Assembly (NCBI GenBank): GCA_963728565.1
Contig: CAVSLC010000009.1
Span: 1-64,000 of the forward strand
Length of the DNA stretch: 64,000 bases
Source: an uncultured delta proteobacterium
GTDB taxonomy: Bacteria; Desulfobacterota; Binatia; UBA9968
Reading direction: 5' to 3'
In this document: piece by piece, positions 1 to 11,906 of the stretch
Layout of the letters: each line of letters starts with the position of its first letter
How positions within the stretch are numbered: the first letter of the stretch is position 1
Program-made: the position numbers and the translations under genes
Notes under the pieces: model-generated
What the model saw: the letters and a program-made list of their open reading frames with translations, nothing else
Told to the model about the DNA's origin: nothing
The model's database searches: none

Positions 1-2
1 GG

Positions 3-794
3 TTGGACGCTGCCGTTTTCGATGGCATGCGGCGAGAAGGACTTCAAAGCTCCGATCAAAGATTTCAACGGCGACAAAGGCCCAGGCTCGGAAGAGCGAT
101 TGCTTTTTCGCTTCTGTTTTTTTCATTTTCTCTTCGGCTTGCGCCAGCCGGATCTCTGCCGGCTTTTGCGGAAGCCCCGCCGGTCTACAACGAGCCGGGA
201 GTTAGCCCATCAATACCACTGAAAAACGCGGACGAAGATTTCGTTCGCGCTTCTGTGGCGAAATACGGTAGCCGCATAAGCGCCAGCAAAGCATTTGCGG
301 CGCAGGGCTGGAAGCTCGTGAGGAACAACCAGCGCGAGTTGGCGCTCCAGGATTTCATACGAGCTTGGCAACTCGATGAAAATAATTATCAAGCGTTCTG
401 GGGGTTCGGCGCGATCTTGAGCGACCAAGGAAAAATCAAGGAAGCCATCGAACAGTTGGAGATTGCGCGGGAACTAAACGACGAGTTATCTCAACGAGTG
501 CAGTTGCTCACGGATCTCGGGATCTTGCATTCCGAATACGCGACGCGGATGCCGCCGCCCGACCAACTTGGTCGGGCGCACCGTTTCGTTCTTGCAAATA
601 ACCGCTTTGCCGAAAGCATCGAGATCGATCGAAACGATGCAGCGAGTTGGCGCGCCTGGGCTATTTCGCTCTATGCTCAGGAGCGGTACTCGGAGGCTTG
701 GATCAAAGCGAAACGGGCATTGGATCTTAAAGCCGAGCCGTTTCCGAGCGGGTTTTTAGAGCGTCTGCGCGAGAAGATGCCGGAAGCTGATTAG
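3..794 (+). CDS. Tetratricopeptide-repeat protein, probably exported or membrane-anchored (start uncertain; in-frame ATG at 27)
   Basis: TPR-like helices (ALQDFIRAWQLDENNYQAFWGFG; AWIKAKRALDL) and a hydrophobic N-terminal segment. Confidence 0.7.
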   Translation: MDAAVFDGMRREGLQSSDQRFQRRQRPRLGRAIAFSLLFFSFSLRLAPAGSLPAFAEAPPVYNEPGVSPSIPLKNADEDFVRASVAKYGSRISASKAFAAQGWKLVRNNQRELALQDFIRAWQLDENNYQAFWGFGAILSDQGKIKEAIEQLEIARELNDELSQRVQLLTDLGILHSEYATRMPPPDQLGRAHRFVLANNRFAESIEIDRNDAASWRAWAISLYAQERYSEAWIKAKRALDLKAEPFPSGFLERLREKMPEAD

Positions 795-847
795 AGTCGG
801 GCGTAAGTCAGAAGTGCCGAACCTAAACCAAAGGAATAACAGGTAAT

Positions 848-1705
848 ATGTACCGCGAGTGCACACGGCTTCTGAGTTCGGCTCTGCTGGCGCTCACAGG
901 CTGGTTGCAAGCCGAAGCCTTTGCGCAAAGCGTGGTCGAAGCTGAACGTCTGCTGACGCTTACGACCGGTAACCTGCCGCTCGTTCTGGTCGCGCCTCAT
1001 GGCGGCCGTGAGGCAATCCCGGGGATAGGCATGCGCCAGGGCAATGGCGTGCCGCAGTTCAAAACCGACCGCGATCATAATACAGCAGAATTAGCCGAAG
1101 CCATTGCGCTGAAACTTGGCCAAATGTCCGGAGCCAAGCCGTTTTTGGTCATTGCCCGCTTCGACCGCAAATACATCGATGCCAATCGCCCGTCCATTGA
1201 AGCTTATGAAGCTCTTGAAGCGCAGCCCTATTATGCCGCTTTTCACAGCGCAGTTGATGAGGCGTGCAAACAGATACGTCAGGTCTGGGGCCGCGGCTTG
1301 CTGCTCGATATTCATGGACAAGCGGCGGAGGCAAACGTTATCTTTCGCGGCACCAGGCATGGTAGGAGTGTGACGGACCTGGTTCGGAGATTTGGCCGGC
1401 AAGCACTGACTGGACCTCATAGCATACTCGGCCAGTTAGCTTTAAGAGGTTACAAAATTATGCCCGACGCCAGTGTTGATGATCGCGAGTCGCGTTATAG
1501 CGGCGGCCATACCGCGCAAACCTACGGCAGTCACCGCGCTGCCGGCATTGATGCCATCCAATTGGAGTTTGGAACCCGGCTGCGCGCGCGCGATAACGTC
1601 GCTCGAACCGCCGCCGATGTCGCCGCTGCAATCCGAGTTTTTGCCCAAGAATACTTGCCGGTCAAATTAGAAGGCATGGAGCGAAGCATCTTAACGCAAC
1701 CTTGA
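848..1705 (+). CDS. N-formylglutamate amidohydrolase-family protein with signal peptide
   Basis: Motifs APHGG, RKYIDANR, LLLDIHGQ, AIQLE; RBS AGGT. Confidence 0.75.
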   Translation: MYRECTRLLSSALLALTGWLQAEAFAQSVVEAERLLTLTTGNLPLVLVAPHGGREAIPGIGMRQGNGVPQFKTDRDHNTAELAEAIALKLGQMSGAKPFLVIARFDRKYIDANRPSIEAYEALEAQPYYAAFHSAVDEACKQIRQVWGRGLLLDIHGQAAEANVIFRGTRHGRSVTDLVRRFGRQALTGPHSILGQLALRGYKIMPDASVDDRESRYSGGHTAQTYGSHRAAGIDAIQLEFGTRLRARDNVARTAADVAAAIRVFAQEYLPVKLEGMERSILTQP

Positions 1706-1863
1706 TTGTACTTAGCGATTGCGTTTACTCTCAACTCCGGGTTTTGGCGCGAGGATTGTTGCTCACTCCCTGCTCGCTATTCTCACATAGCGAAGGACGG
1801 AAGTAACCGAGAGCACTCGAACGCGTTCGCCAAATAACTCGTAATCTAGATAGAGGGGCGCCC

Positions 1864-2956
1864 ATGACTACCGATCCTCCAACAAATTCGTTTAGCCAAG
1901 CAAAGGCTGACGATTTCGCCAACCGTCTCCTGACTATGCTGAATCAAAGCTCGCTTTGCGTGATGATTTCCATCGGCCACCGCACCGGGCTCTTCGATAC
2001 GATGAGCAATCTTCAGCCGTCTTCGTCGCGCTGAGATTGCTTCTAAGGCCGGTCTTAACGAGCGCTACGTTCGCGAATGGCTTGGCGCCATGGTAACCGG
2101 GGGTGTCGTCGAATTGGATCCGAATACCTACAAGTTTTCCTTGCCGCTAGAAAATGCAGCAGCGCTTACTCGAGCAGCCGGTGCTAATAACATGTCGGTC
2201 TTCGCGCAGTACATCGGTGTCATGGGCAGTGTCGAAGATGAAATCGTCGAGTGCTTTTACAAAGGCGGCGGCGTTCCATATTCCAGGTTCCCGCGCTTCC
2301 ATGAGGTTATGGCCGAGGACAGCGGCCAATCCGTTCTTTCTTCTCTAGAAAGTCATATTCTGCCGCTCGTTCCCGGCTTATCGGATCAGCTGGCAGACGG
2401 GATTCAAATGCTCGATGTCGGCTGCGGCCGAGGACTGACGATGATTCGGCTAGCTGAACTGTTTCCCAATAGCAGATTTACCGGGATGGATCTCTCAAGC
2501 GAAGCGGTCATGTTCGCTTGGAAAACCGCAGCGGAGAAAAAACTCAGGAACGTAGAATTTATCGTTGCCGATCTGAGTCATTTCGATCAAACCGCAGAGG
2601 TCGAAGCTTTCGATCTAATAACCACCTTCGACGCGGTTCACGATCAAAAATTTCCGTTGAACGTTCTCAAAGGCGTCCATCGCGCTCTGCGCCCGAACGG
2701 AGTCTACCTGATGCAGGATATCAAAGGCTCCAGCCAACTTCACAAGAATATCGATCATCCGATCGGCCCGTTTTTGTATACAGTGTCATGCATGCACTGC
2801 ATGACGGTTTCCCTGGCCCAGGGCGGTGAAGGGGTCGGGGCGATGTGGGGCGAAGAGATGACCCGGGATTATCTTCAAAAAGCCGGGTTTAGATCGGTGC
2901 AGAAACATGAGTTGGCGCACGATATACAGAACAATTGGTACGTCGTCCGAAAATAA
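1864..2956 (+). CDS. Class I SAM-dependent methyltransferase with N-terminal winged helix (Rv2258c-like); +1 frameshift near 2030
   Basis: N-terminal frame ISIGHRTGLFDTM continues in another frame as AEIASKAGLNERYVREWLGAMVTGG; LDVGCGRG; CMTVSLAQGGEG. Confidence 0.8.
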
Positions 2957-2960
2957 TTCC

Positions 2961-3081
2961 AGGCTGGTGAAAAAGGTTCATCTGCTTCGTTGCGCTAGTC
3001 CGACTTGCTCGACGTACTCCAGAGTACGCCTCCGCTCGTCGACCGTCGCACGCCTCGCATCTAAACCTTTTTGACCAGCCT
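2961..3081. mobile_element. MITE/REP-like element with 20-bp terminal inverted repeats
   Basis: AGGCTGGTGAAAAAGGTTCA (2961-2980) vs TAAACCTTTTTGACCAGCCT (3062-3081), 18/20 complementary; central hairpin CGTACTC-CA-GAGTACG; lies between convergent genes. Confidence 0.65.
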
Positions 3082-3154
3082 CCAGGAATTTCATTCGTTC
3101 AGGATGGTGGAGGTGTGCAGCGAACTCACCACTCCATGACTCCAATGCTGCGGC

Positions 3155-3988
3155 TTATGCGTCGATGGTTTGACCGCCGTCGATGACCAGCGCGTGACCG
3201 GTTACGAAGGAAGCTTCATCGGAGACCAGAAAAAGCACGCCATAGGCAATCTCTTCCGGACGACCCATGCGCAGCAGAGCCTTATTGCTGGAGCCCATCG
3301 TTTTGCGCTGTTCTTCGGTAATGCCGCTCAAGGTCGGCTTAGGCGGAAATCCTCTGAAGCGCGGAGTCTCGATGGCGCCGGGGCAAACACAGTTTACTCT
3401 GATCCCGAGCGGGCCATAGTCCAACGCCATCTCGCGGGTGAGATTGACGATCGCCGCTTTAGTGGCGCAGTAACCCGGATACTCCGCTGAAGCTAAAAGG
3501 CCGAATGTGGAAGCGGTGGTGACGATGTTCCCGCTTCCTTTTTTAATAAAATGCGGCAGCACCGCGCGGGCGCCTCGAAACATTGCGTTCAAATTAGTGT
3601 TGAGAACGAAATTCCATTCGTCATCGGTGTGCTCATGGAGCTTCTTGCGGATACCGGCGCCGGCGTTGTTATAGAGAATATCCAAATCGCCAAACGCTTC
3701 TATGGCGGCGCTGAGCAGGCGTTCGCAATCGTCCTGCTTGGTCACGTCGATCTTAGTAAAAACCGCCTGCCCGCCTTCCCGTTTGATCACCTCGTCGATT
3801 CGCGGCGTGATCGTCTCCTGAATATCGCAGCAAACAACCTTAGCGCCTTCGCGCCCGAAGAGCCGAGCGGTGGCCCGACCGATTCCACTGTTTGCTCCGG
3901 TGATCACCGCAACCTTGCCACGCAGCCGGCCCATCCCTTGGCGCATTAGTGGATGTTCGTCTGCAAGTACTTCTGGTTGTGCTGCCAT
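3155..3988 (-). CDS. Short-chain dehydrogenase/reductase
   Basis: TGANSGIG, NNAG, YCATK, VTGHALVIDGG. Confidence 0.9.
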   Translation of the reverse strand: MAAQPEVLADEHPLMRQGMGRLRGKVAVITGANSGIGRATARLFGREGAKVVCCDIQETITPRIDEVIKREGGQAVFTKIDVTKQDDCERLLSAAIEAFGDLDILYNNAGAGIRKKLHEHTDDEWNFVLNTNLNAMFRGARAVLPHFIKKGSGNIVTTASTFGLLASAEYPGYCATKAAIVNLTREMALDYGPLGIRVNCVCPGAIETPRFRGFPPKPTLSGITEEQRKTMGSSNKALLRMGRPEEIAYGVLFLVSDEASFVTGHALVIDGGQTIDA

Positions 3989-4005
3989 GATTTAACCTCC
4001 GTGGT

Positions 4006-4995
4006 TTATTTCTTATAAAGCTGCTTGATCAAACCAGAGGCCTCCACCTCTTTGACCAGACTCATATCGACGAATGCCTTGGGATCGGCCGCAGCGGCTT
4101 TCGGATTGCGCGGCGCGAGATCGTCGAGCATGGTCTTAACGCCCTCAGGATGAGGATACGGAATCTCGGGAAATACACTGGAGTAATCTTGATAGGCTCT
4201 TTCCAAACCTTCAGGATCTGCAACGCCTAGATTCTTTTTGAATAGACCTTTGGCATACTCCTTCTCTGTCTTGATAATGTGGATGGCTTCCACCATGGCT
4301 CGGGTGAGCTTGAGCAGAAGCGGCCGATTCTTCTTGACGATCGCTTCTCGGCTGAGAATGCCGTTCCACCAGAAGGGTATTTTGAGATCGGTTACATTAT
4401 AAAGGTTGCGGAAGCCGAGCTTCTCTGCCTGGGTTAAGAACGGCTCCGGCATAATAGTAAACTGAACCAGTCCTTTGCTGAGCGCCGCGAATCGCTCGGG
4501 ATTGCCTCCTGCAGGGATGATCTTCACGTCTTTCTCCGGATCGACGCCGAGTTTCCTCAAGGCAAGACGAAGACCGAGATCGGAAGTGCTGCCTAAACGA
4601 TTGACCGCGCCGGTTTTACCTTTTAGTTGCTCCACCTTGGTGATATTGGAGAGTGAAACAATATGGTCAACAAAAGTGGGGACCACGCCGACGACCATCA
4701 CTGTGTCGGCGCCCTGAAGGCGTGAGCTGGTCAAGGTGGTAACGGAAATGCTGGCGGCATCGATCTCATTTGCCAGAAGCGCTTGGAGGACCGTCGGGCT
4801 GGCGCTGATCGCGATGATCTCCGGCTCGACACCCATCTTCTGTAAAAGCTTCCTGTCTTCGATGACCCAGATGGGGCTATTGGTCGGGCTGAAACCCGCC
4901 CAGGCAAGCCTGAGCTTTTCTTGTGCGTTGACGGCCGAAACCGTGACCACGAATGAAAGCAATCCGGCTAAAACCAAAACCATTTTGGAGACCAT
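4006..4995 (-). CDS. ABC substrate-binding protein, NMT1/SsuA/THI5 family
   Basis: Signal peptide; LKGKTGAVNRLGSTSD; RBS AGGAGGG before ATG at 4995. Confidence 0.85.
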   Translation of the reverse strand: MVSKMVLVLAGLLSFVVTVSAVNAQEKLRLAWAGFSPTNSPIWVIEDRKLLQKMGVEPEIIAISASPTVLQALLANEIDAASISVTTLTSSRLQGADTVMVVGVVPTFVDHIVSLSNITKVEQLKGKTGAVNRLGSTSDLGLRLALRKLGVDPEKDVKIIPAGGNPERFAALSKGLVQFTIMPEPFLTQAEKLGFRNLYNVTDLKIPFWWNGILSREAIVKKNRPLLLKLTRAMVEAIHIIKTEKEYAKGLFKKNLGVADPEGLERAYQDYSSVFPEIPYPHPEGVKTMLDDLAPRNPKAAAADPKAFVDMSLVKEVEASGLIKQLYKK

Positions 4996-5226
4996 GATTG
5001 AACCCTCCTGCAAACCCGCCGCATAACTATCATTTTGCTATTGATGAAATCAAGCAAACACTCAGCTTTCTCCATCCAAAGTCTTAGGAGATGCGGGGCA
5101 GATAAACGGCTCGTGTCTCTTTTAAGTTACTAAAACTGCTACCAAAGACGTTAAAATTGACGAAAACGACTACGTTGACTCGATGAGCCGTTTGAGATAG
5201 TAGAGGCAGTTCCTGGAGGAGCCAAA

Positions 5227-6195
5227 ATGGCTAAGGGAATTCTTGTCACCGGTGGTTCGGGCCTGGTCGGAGCCTATGCGGTGGGCATGTTGTTGGAGCG
5301 AGGGGAACGGCCGGTGGTTTTCGATGTGGCGATCAATGAGCGGCTGCTGGCGGCAGTCGGCGTTGACACCGACCGAGTCACTTTGGTGCGCGGCGACATG
5401 GCGGACCTGCCGGCTTTGATCTCCACGCTGCGCGACCATGACTGTGACCGCATTATTCATCTGGCGGCGTTTCTAGGCGAGGAAGTTCAGCGGCGACCGT
5501 ATAGCGGCGTGCGTCTGAATTTCATGGGAACGGTCAATGTCTTGGAAGCGGCGCGTCTGGAAAAGGTTTCCCGCATCATCTTTCCAAGTTCCGGAACAGT
5601 CTACCTAGGATCCATCGGCGAAGGTTTAGCGAAAATAGATGAATCCATTCCGATAAACCCGCCCTCGATCTATGCCGCGACCAAAGCCAGCTGCGAGTTC
5701 ATGGGCCGGGCTTACGCCAGACGATACGGTTTTGAATTCATCTGCCTTCGTTACGTCGGCGGTCTTTATGGTCCGTCGCCAGTGGCGCTCAAAGCAACCA
5801 GAGAAGTCGCGATCCAGCAAATGATCCGCGCCGCTCTTAAAGGTGAAGCGGCGAAAATCAAATGGCCTTATGGCGCTGCCGAAATCTTATACGGCAAGGA
5901 TGCCGCTAAGGGAACAGTGCTCGCTGTAATGCAGGGAAAATTCAAGGACGATCTATTTCACATCGGCAATGGCCAGATGGTCGGCGGTGAGGAGATCGTC
6001 GCGGCCATTCAAAAAAATTTTCCCGACTCGAAGATCGAGTTGATCAAAGGCGATAATCCAATGCCTTACCCCGAATCTCGTCTTGCGAGCGATTTCTCGA
6101 GATCTAAAGAACAGCTCGGGTATCAACCGGACTATCCGATCGATAAAGCGGTTGCTGATTACGCCGCGACGCTTAAAAGGCTTGAGCACCTGTAG
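5227..6195 (+). CDS. NAD-dependent epimerase/dehydratase (extended SDR)
   Basis: TGGSGLVG, HLAA, YAATK; RBS GGAGG. Confidence 0.85.
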   Translation: MAKGILVTGGSGLVGAYAVGMLLERGERPVVFDVAINERLLAAVGVDTDRVTLVRGDMADLPALISTLRDHDCDRIIHLAAFLGEEVQRRPYSGVRLNFMGTVNVLEAARLEKVSRIIFPSSGTVYLGSIGEGLAKIDESIPINPPSIYAATKASCEFMGRAYARRYGFEFICLRYVGGLYGPSPVALKATREVAIQQMIRAALKGEAAKIKWPYGAAEILYGKDAAKGTVLAVMQGKFKDDLFHIGNGQMVGGEEIVAAIQKNFPDSKIELIKGDNPMPYPESRLASDFSRSKEQLGYQPDYPIDKAVADYAATLKRLEHL

Positions 6196-6419
6196 CGGTT
6201 GTGGAGCCACATCAGGTGTTACAGAGGAGCCTTGGGTTATGATTGGCGCGGCAGGCAAGGAGATTTGGCTTCAAAGTACCCTTCTTGAAGGCCGGTCGAT
6301 TAACAAAAGAAAGAGCTCAGCTAAGCCAAAGCTGAAGCTCGGATCTGCCATTGTCGTCTAATCACTGAAGAAACAAATCATTTAACGGTTGAAAGAAGAA
6401 GGAGGCTGAAGAAATTGCC

Positions 6420-7497
6420 ATGAGTTTCGCCAAAGTTTTTGTGCTGCTGTTTCTTGCGCTGTGGATTTCATCTAATTCCGCTATGGCTGCTCAGCCGGGC
6501 GCTAAGCCAAGCTATGATGAAAAGGCCGTTGCCGATTTTTACCGAGGCAAGACGGTGCGGATCATCGTCGGGTTTTCCGCCGGCGGCGGCTACGATCAGT
6601 ACTCCAGGCTGATTGCCCGCCACATGTCCAAATACATTCCCGGGAATCCCGCCGTAATCGTCGATAATATGCCCGGCGCCGGGAGCATCATCGCGGCGAA
6701 TCATACTTTCAACGCAGCGCCCAAAGACGGCACCGTCATCGGCAACATTTCGGGACCGATTGTTCTCGAGCAACTCTTCGGCAGTCCTTCTATCCAGTTC
6801 GATATGGCCAAATTTCGCTATCTTGCGGTGCCGGTGAGCGAAACCTACTTGTTTATCGTCACGAAGAAAATCAGGCGTCACTAAATTCGATGATCTGATC
6901 GGTGCCAAAAGCAAGCAGGTAAGTATTGGCGCGATTCCGGGATCGACCGTGGAACATGCGCCGATACTGGCGCGTGACGTGTTAGGCGCGAATCTCAAAG
7001 TCGTTTCCGGGTACAAGGGAACCGCCGACGTAAGATTAGCCATTGACAGCGGCGAGGTGGATGGCTTCTTCAACACCTGGACTTCCTCGAAGGTAACTTC
7101 ATTCGACAAGGTCAAGAGCGGCGAGTGGCTGGTGCTGGCGCAGTTATCCGAAAAACCGATCAAGGATCTAATCATCCCCAACGTGCCGACGATTTCACAG
7201 ATCGGCAAAACCAATGAACAACGTCTGATTATGAAATATGGCACGAGCACACCGAATGATTTCGGCAAGGTTTATGTTCTTCCGCCAGGAACCCCCGCCG
7301 ATCGTGCCCATGCTCTGGAAAATGCCTTTGCGAAAGTTTTCACGGACAAAGAACTCATGGCTGATGCGGAAAAAGGCAAACTCGAAATCGATCCGATGCT
7401 CGGCGATGAGATATACAAACTGGTTCAGGAGTTTCTTGGTATGAGCCCTGATTTGAAAATCAAACTCCAAACCGCAATGAAGGGCGGTAAGAAGTAG
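6420..7497 (+). CDS. tctC: Tripartite tricarboxylate transporter substrate-binding protein (Bug/TctC); frameshift in A-run near 6870
   Basis: IVGFSAGGGYD, NMPGAG, GYKGTADVRLAIDSGEVDG; two ORF halves joined by removing one A. Confidence 0.8.
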
Positions 7498-7547
7498 TAC
7501 ACGGCGATATTCCACTACCGTTAGAAATAACTACGGAGGGATGCGCG

Positions 7548-8568
7548 ATGTTTTCTAATCTCAAAAAAAATTAGCTGGTGGATAATCTTCCTGATTGTCG
7601 TCGCCTTTCCTGAGTTGGGGAAACGGACAGACCGAGAGCCTGGATGACCTCTACAAGAAGGCGCTCAAAGAAGGCGGGGATCTAAACTTTTATGGCACCT
7701 TGGCGCAAATCAATGCCGCCAAAGTCATTCCCCTATTTGAGAAGCGCTTTCCCGGATTGAAGATCAATCACGTTGACGCCACTGCCGATAGGCTGGCGGC
7801 GCGCGCTATCACGGAAGCGCGCGGCGGCAAAGTCTCCGCCGATATCTTCCAGATGACTTTGGAAAATATTTTACAACTGGCGGATCAGAAACTAGTTATT
7901 GAGAAACTTCCTCCCGAAGCGGCGGCCTATCCCGACAATCTGAAGGGTAGCTTCTGGATCGCAGCCGATTTGTTGTTTATTACGGGAGCCTGGAATACAA
8001 ACCTGGTCAAGAAAGGCGAAGAGCCCAAGCAGTTCGAAGACTTCGCGGATCCGCGCTGGAAGGGGCGGCTCATCGCCGAACCGCGTGACGTCGAGGTCCT
8101 CATGGGTCTTGCCAATCACAAGTACAAAGCGACGAGAAGGCGATAGCGCTGCTCAAGAAAATCGCCGCCAATAACGTAGAGTTTCACAAAGGCCACTCCC
8201 AGCTTGCCGAGTTTCTGGTGGCCGGACAGGCGGCCGCGTGCTTTACCTGCTATGCCCATCACTATCCGCCACGCATCAAAAAAGGCGCGCCTCTAGGATA
8301 TATGCTGACCGAAGGCGTCGCATCAATAAACGCGACAGCGGTGGCCAAAGACAGTCCTCATCCCAATACGGCATGGTTGTTTGCCCGCTGGTCCGCCAGC
8401 GAGGAAGGGCAAAAGGTCTACGCCATCGGCGGCCGCACGCCGCCCCATCCCAAAGTCGAGCCTATGGACAAGATCCGGCCGGCGAAAATCTATCCAATCG
8501 GCACCGACGAACTAAAGAACTGGAGCAAATACGAAAAGATCTGGAAAGATATATTCAAGCTAAGATGA
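7548..8568 (+). CDS. ABC substrate-binding protein (Fe3+/polyamine/thiamine-type), paralog 1 of 4; frameshifted
   Basis: RBS GGAGG then ATG 7548; DPRWKG, EFHKGHSQ, CFTCYAHHYP, PHPNTA; indels near 7565-7620 and 8127. Confidence 0.8.
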
Positions 8569-8665
8569 TCGGAATCGCATCTATAGATCACATCAGTTTC
8601 CCACAGGAATCTAAAAAGAGCAGGATGACTTCAAAGCCGACCAAAAAGGCGGCAGAGGAGGCGAC

Positions 8666-9678
8666 ATGCGATTTGGCCATTGGCACATTGATTTTATTGG
8701 CGGCGACTTTGGGCTTGGTTTCGCCGGGCTTTGCCGCGCAAAGCGAATCGATTGATGAACTCTACAAAAAAGCCCTCAAGCGAAGAAGGCGTGCTTAACT
8801 GCTACTGCTCGCTGGCGCAAATCAACGCCGAGAAAATCTATCCGGTTTTCGAGAAGCGCTTTCCCGGCATTAGGATTAACCACGTCGATGCTACCTCCGA
8901 CAAGCTTTCAGCCCGCGCTATCACCGAAGCACGAGGCGGCCGAACTCTCGCCGATGTAGTTGAATTCGGGCTCGAAGACATCAATAAGATCCACGCCCAG
9001 GGTTTGATCCTGGAAAAGGCGCCGCCGGAAGCCGCAGAGTATCCGGCAAATCTGAAAGGGACATTCTGGACCGCCAACAACCTCATCTTTTTTGTCGGCG
9101 CCTGGAATACCGAAAAGGTGAAAAAGGAGGAGGAACCCAAGACCCTGGATGACTTCGCGGATCCGCGCTGGAAAGGGCGTCTGATTGCTGAACCAAGAGA
9201 TTACGAAGTTTTGATCGGCTTGACGCACAAGCATAAAAGCTTCGAGAAAGCACGGGCAATTCTTACGAAAATTGCCGCTAATAACGTCGAATTTCATAAA
9301 GGGCACTCGCAGCTTGCTGAGTTTATAGTTGCCGGGCAGGCCGCTGCGTGTTTCACCTGTTACTCACATCACTACCCCTCCCGAAAAAAGAAAGGCGCGC
9401 CGGTCGATTACATGCTCTCAGAAGGCGCCGCCGGCATTATCGCGGTTGCGGTGATGAAGAATGCGCCGCACCCCAACACCGCCTGGCTGTTTAACCGCTG
9501 GGCGGCATCGGAAGAGGGACAGAAGGTCTATGCCCAGGGCGGCAGAACCCCGGCTCATCCCAAGGTCGAACCCACGGAAAAGATCCGGCCCCAGGCGATT
9601 TACGCGGTGGGAGTTGAGGATCTGAAGCAATACGCAAAATATGAGAAAGCTTGGAAGGAAGTCTTCAAGCTGCGCTAA
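8666..9678 (+). CDS. ABC substrate-binding protein, paralog 2 of 4; 5' frameshifts
   Basis: RBS GAGGAGG then ATG 8666; same motifs, CFTCYSHHYP. Confidence 0.8.
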
Positions 9679-9727
9679 ACTTGATCATCAAGAAAGCTGT
9701 AGATCATCACTTATTGTCGGAGGCACC

Positions 9728-10750
9728 ATGTCGAGCTACAGAAAAATTTCTTTGATCTTTTCGTGGTTGACTCTCATCGGTTGGTTGTTTATGCCAGGCG
9801 CAACGGCAACCGCTCAAGGCTTGGACGAGCTCTACAAGCAGGCGCTAAAGGAAGGCGGCACGGTAAACTTTTATGGAACGCTGGCGCAGATTAATGCCGT
9901 CAAGATTCTGCCTGTGTTTGAAAAACGCTTTCCGGGGATCAAGGTCAACCATGTTGACGCCACTGCGAATGCGCTGGCAACCAGAGCGATCACGGAGGCC
10001 CGCGGCGGCCGAACTCTCGCTGATGTCTTCCAAGGAGCGTTGGAAAATTTGTTGCAAGTCCAAGAGCAGGGATTGTTATCGGAGAAGTTGCCTCCTGAGG
10101 CGGCGGAGTATCCCGACGGCATGAAAGGCAGCTCGTGGGTCGCGACTGATATCATCTTTCTGGTTGCCGCGTGGAACACCAATCTCGTAAAGCCGGAGGA
10201 TGCGCCAAAATCCTTTGAAGACTTTGCCGATCCTAAATGGAAAGGCAAGCTGATCGCGGAACCGAGGGATGTGGAATGTTCATTGGCCTGGCCCGGCGCA
10301 AATACAAGAGTGACGAGAAGGCAATAGCGTTGTTGAAAAAGATCGCTGCCAACGGCGTCGAATTCCATAAGGGGCATTCGGAATTAGCAGAATTTTTGGT
10401 GTCTGGCCAGGGCGCCGCGTGCTTCACCTGTTACTCGCATCACTTCCCGCCGCGCATCAAGAAAGGCGCTCCGGTTAACTACCTGCTGGCCGAAGGCATC
10501 GGCACGATTTCGGGGACCGCTGTTTTCAAAAATGCTCCCCATCCCAACACGGCCTTGTTATTTGCGAGATGGGCAATGAGCCAGGAGGGACAGAGAGCCT
10601 ACAGTCAAGGCGGCCGCACGCCAGCTCATCCGAAAGTCGAACCGGTGGAAAAGACCCGACCCGAAGCGATCTACGCCATCGGCGCGGAGGAAATAAAAGA
10701 ATGGCCGAAGATACGAAAAAATTTGGAAGGAGATTTTTAAACTCCGTTGA
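9728..10750 (+). CDS. ABC substrate-binding protein, paralog 3 of 4; frameshifts near 10278 and 10711
   Basis: RBS GGAGG then ATG 9728; CFTCYSHHFP; restored C-terminus IWKEIFKLR ends at TGA 10748-10750. Confidence 0.8.
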
Positions 10751-10837
10751 CAATTGTTTGACTTGACTCCGCATTTTAACCTGATATCAACCATGCGAAA
10801 ATTCACGTTTGTATAGGATTGCAAGGAGGTCGATTAG

Positions 10838-11863
10838 ATGAAGAGGTTTTTTAGGCAGCGAGCTAGAACTCACGCGCTGTTTGCCGTATTGGCGGTGTTA
10901 TTCTCAACCACCGGGATCGCACAGTCACAAACTCTCGATGAGCTTCATAAAAGCGCATTGAAAGAAGGCGGCACGCTCAATTTCTATGCCACGTTGGCGC
11001 AAATCAATGCCGCCAGAATTCTTCCGGTTTTTGAAAAACGGTTTCCGGGAATCAAAGTCAATCATGTCGATGCAACTTCCGATAAATTGGTTGCTCGGGC
11101 GGTCACCGAGGCGCGCGGCGGCAAGACTCTAGGGGATGTCTTACAGGTGCCGCTGGAGAATGTCAGTCAGGCTCAGGATCAGAAGCTGTTGCTGGAAACA
11201 ACGCTTCCAGAATCCGCAGACTACGTCGCCGGAATGAAGGGAACGTTCTGGGTCGCTTCGGATCTTCAGTTCATTATTGCGGCATGGAACACCAATCTAG
11301 TAAAGAAAGAAGAAGAGCCCAAGCAGTACGAGGATTTTGCCGATCCGCGCTGGAAAAACCGGCTGATCGCCGAGCCCCGGGACCTGGAAATGCTTCTGGG
11401 ATTTGCCAAGTACAAGTTTAAAGACGATGAGAAAGCCATCAATTTGTGGAAAAAGATCGCCGCTAACAACGTCGAGTTTCATTCCGGTCATTCCCAATTG
11501 GCGGAGTTACTCGTCGCCGGGCAAGCAGCCGTTTGTCTGACTTGTTATTCTCATCATTATCCAAGCAGGATTAAAAAGGGAGCGCCGCTCAACTACATGC
11601 TGAGTGAAGGCGTTGCTTCGATCAATGCCACGGCAATTTTTAAGGACGCGCCTCATCCCAACACGGCGCTGTTATTTGCCCGCTGGATGGCCAGTATCGA
11701 CGGACAGAAAGCTATGGCCCAAGGCGGCCGAACTCCCGCGCACCCGAAAGTAGAACCGGTGGACAAAACCCGGACTGAGAAGATCTACCCCATCAGCGTC
11801 GAGGACCTCAAGGAATTTCCAAAATACGAGAAGATATGGAAACAGATTTTCCGACTCCGCTAA
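10838..11863 (+). CDS. ABC substrate-binding protein, paralog 4 of 4 (intact)
   Basis: Signal peptide; CLTCYSHHYP; RBS AGGAGG. Confidence 0.9.
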   Translation: MKRFFRQRARTHALFAVLAVLFSTTGIAQSQTLDELHKSALKEGGTLNFYATLAQINAARILPVFEKRFPGIKVNHVDATSDKLVARAVTEARGGKTLGDVLQVPLENVSQAQDQKLLLETTLPESADYVAGMKGTFWVASDLQFIIAAWNTNLVKKEEEPKQYEDFADPRWKNRLIAEPRDLEMLLGFAKYKFKDDEKAINLWKKIAANNVEFHSGHSQLAELLVAGQAAVCLTCYSHHYPSRIKKGAPLNYMLSEGVASINATAIFKDAPHPNTALLFARWMASIDGQKAMAQGGRTPAHPKVEPVDKTRTEKIYPISVEDLKEFPKYEKIWKQIFRLR

Positions 11864-11906
11864 CAAGTCTAAGCGTAGGAACCTGAAGCCGGAGGTTTGA
11901 TTAATC

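Noticed and set aside
2032-2034. TGA in the methyltransferase N-terminus as Sec or readthrough
   Set aside because: The downstream coding sequence is in a different frame, so this is a +1 frameshift
8238-8262. CxxC motif of the SBPs as a heme c attachment site
   Set aside because: Pattern is CxxCY, not CxxCH
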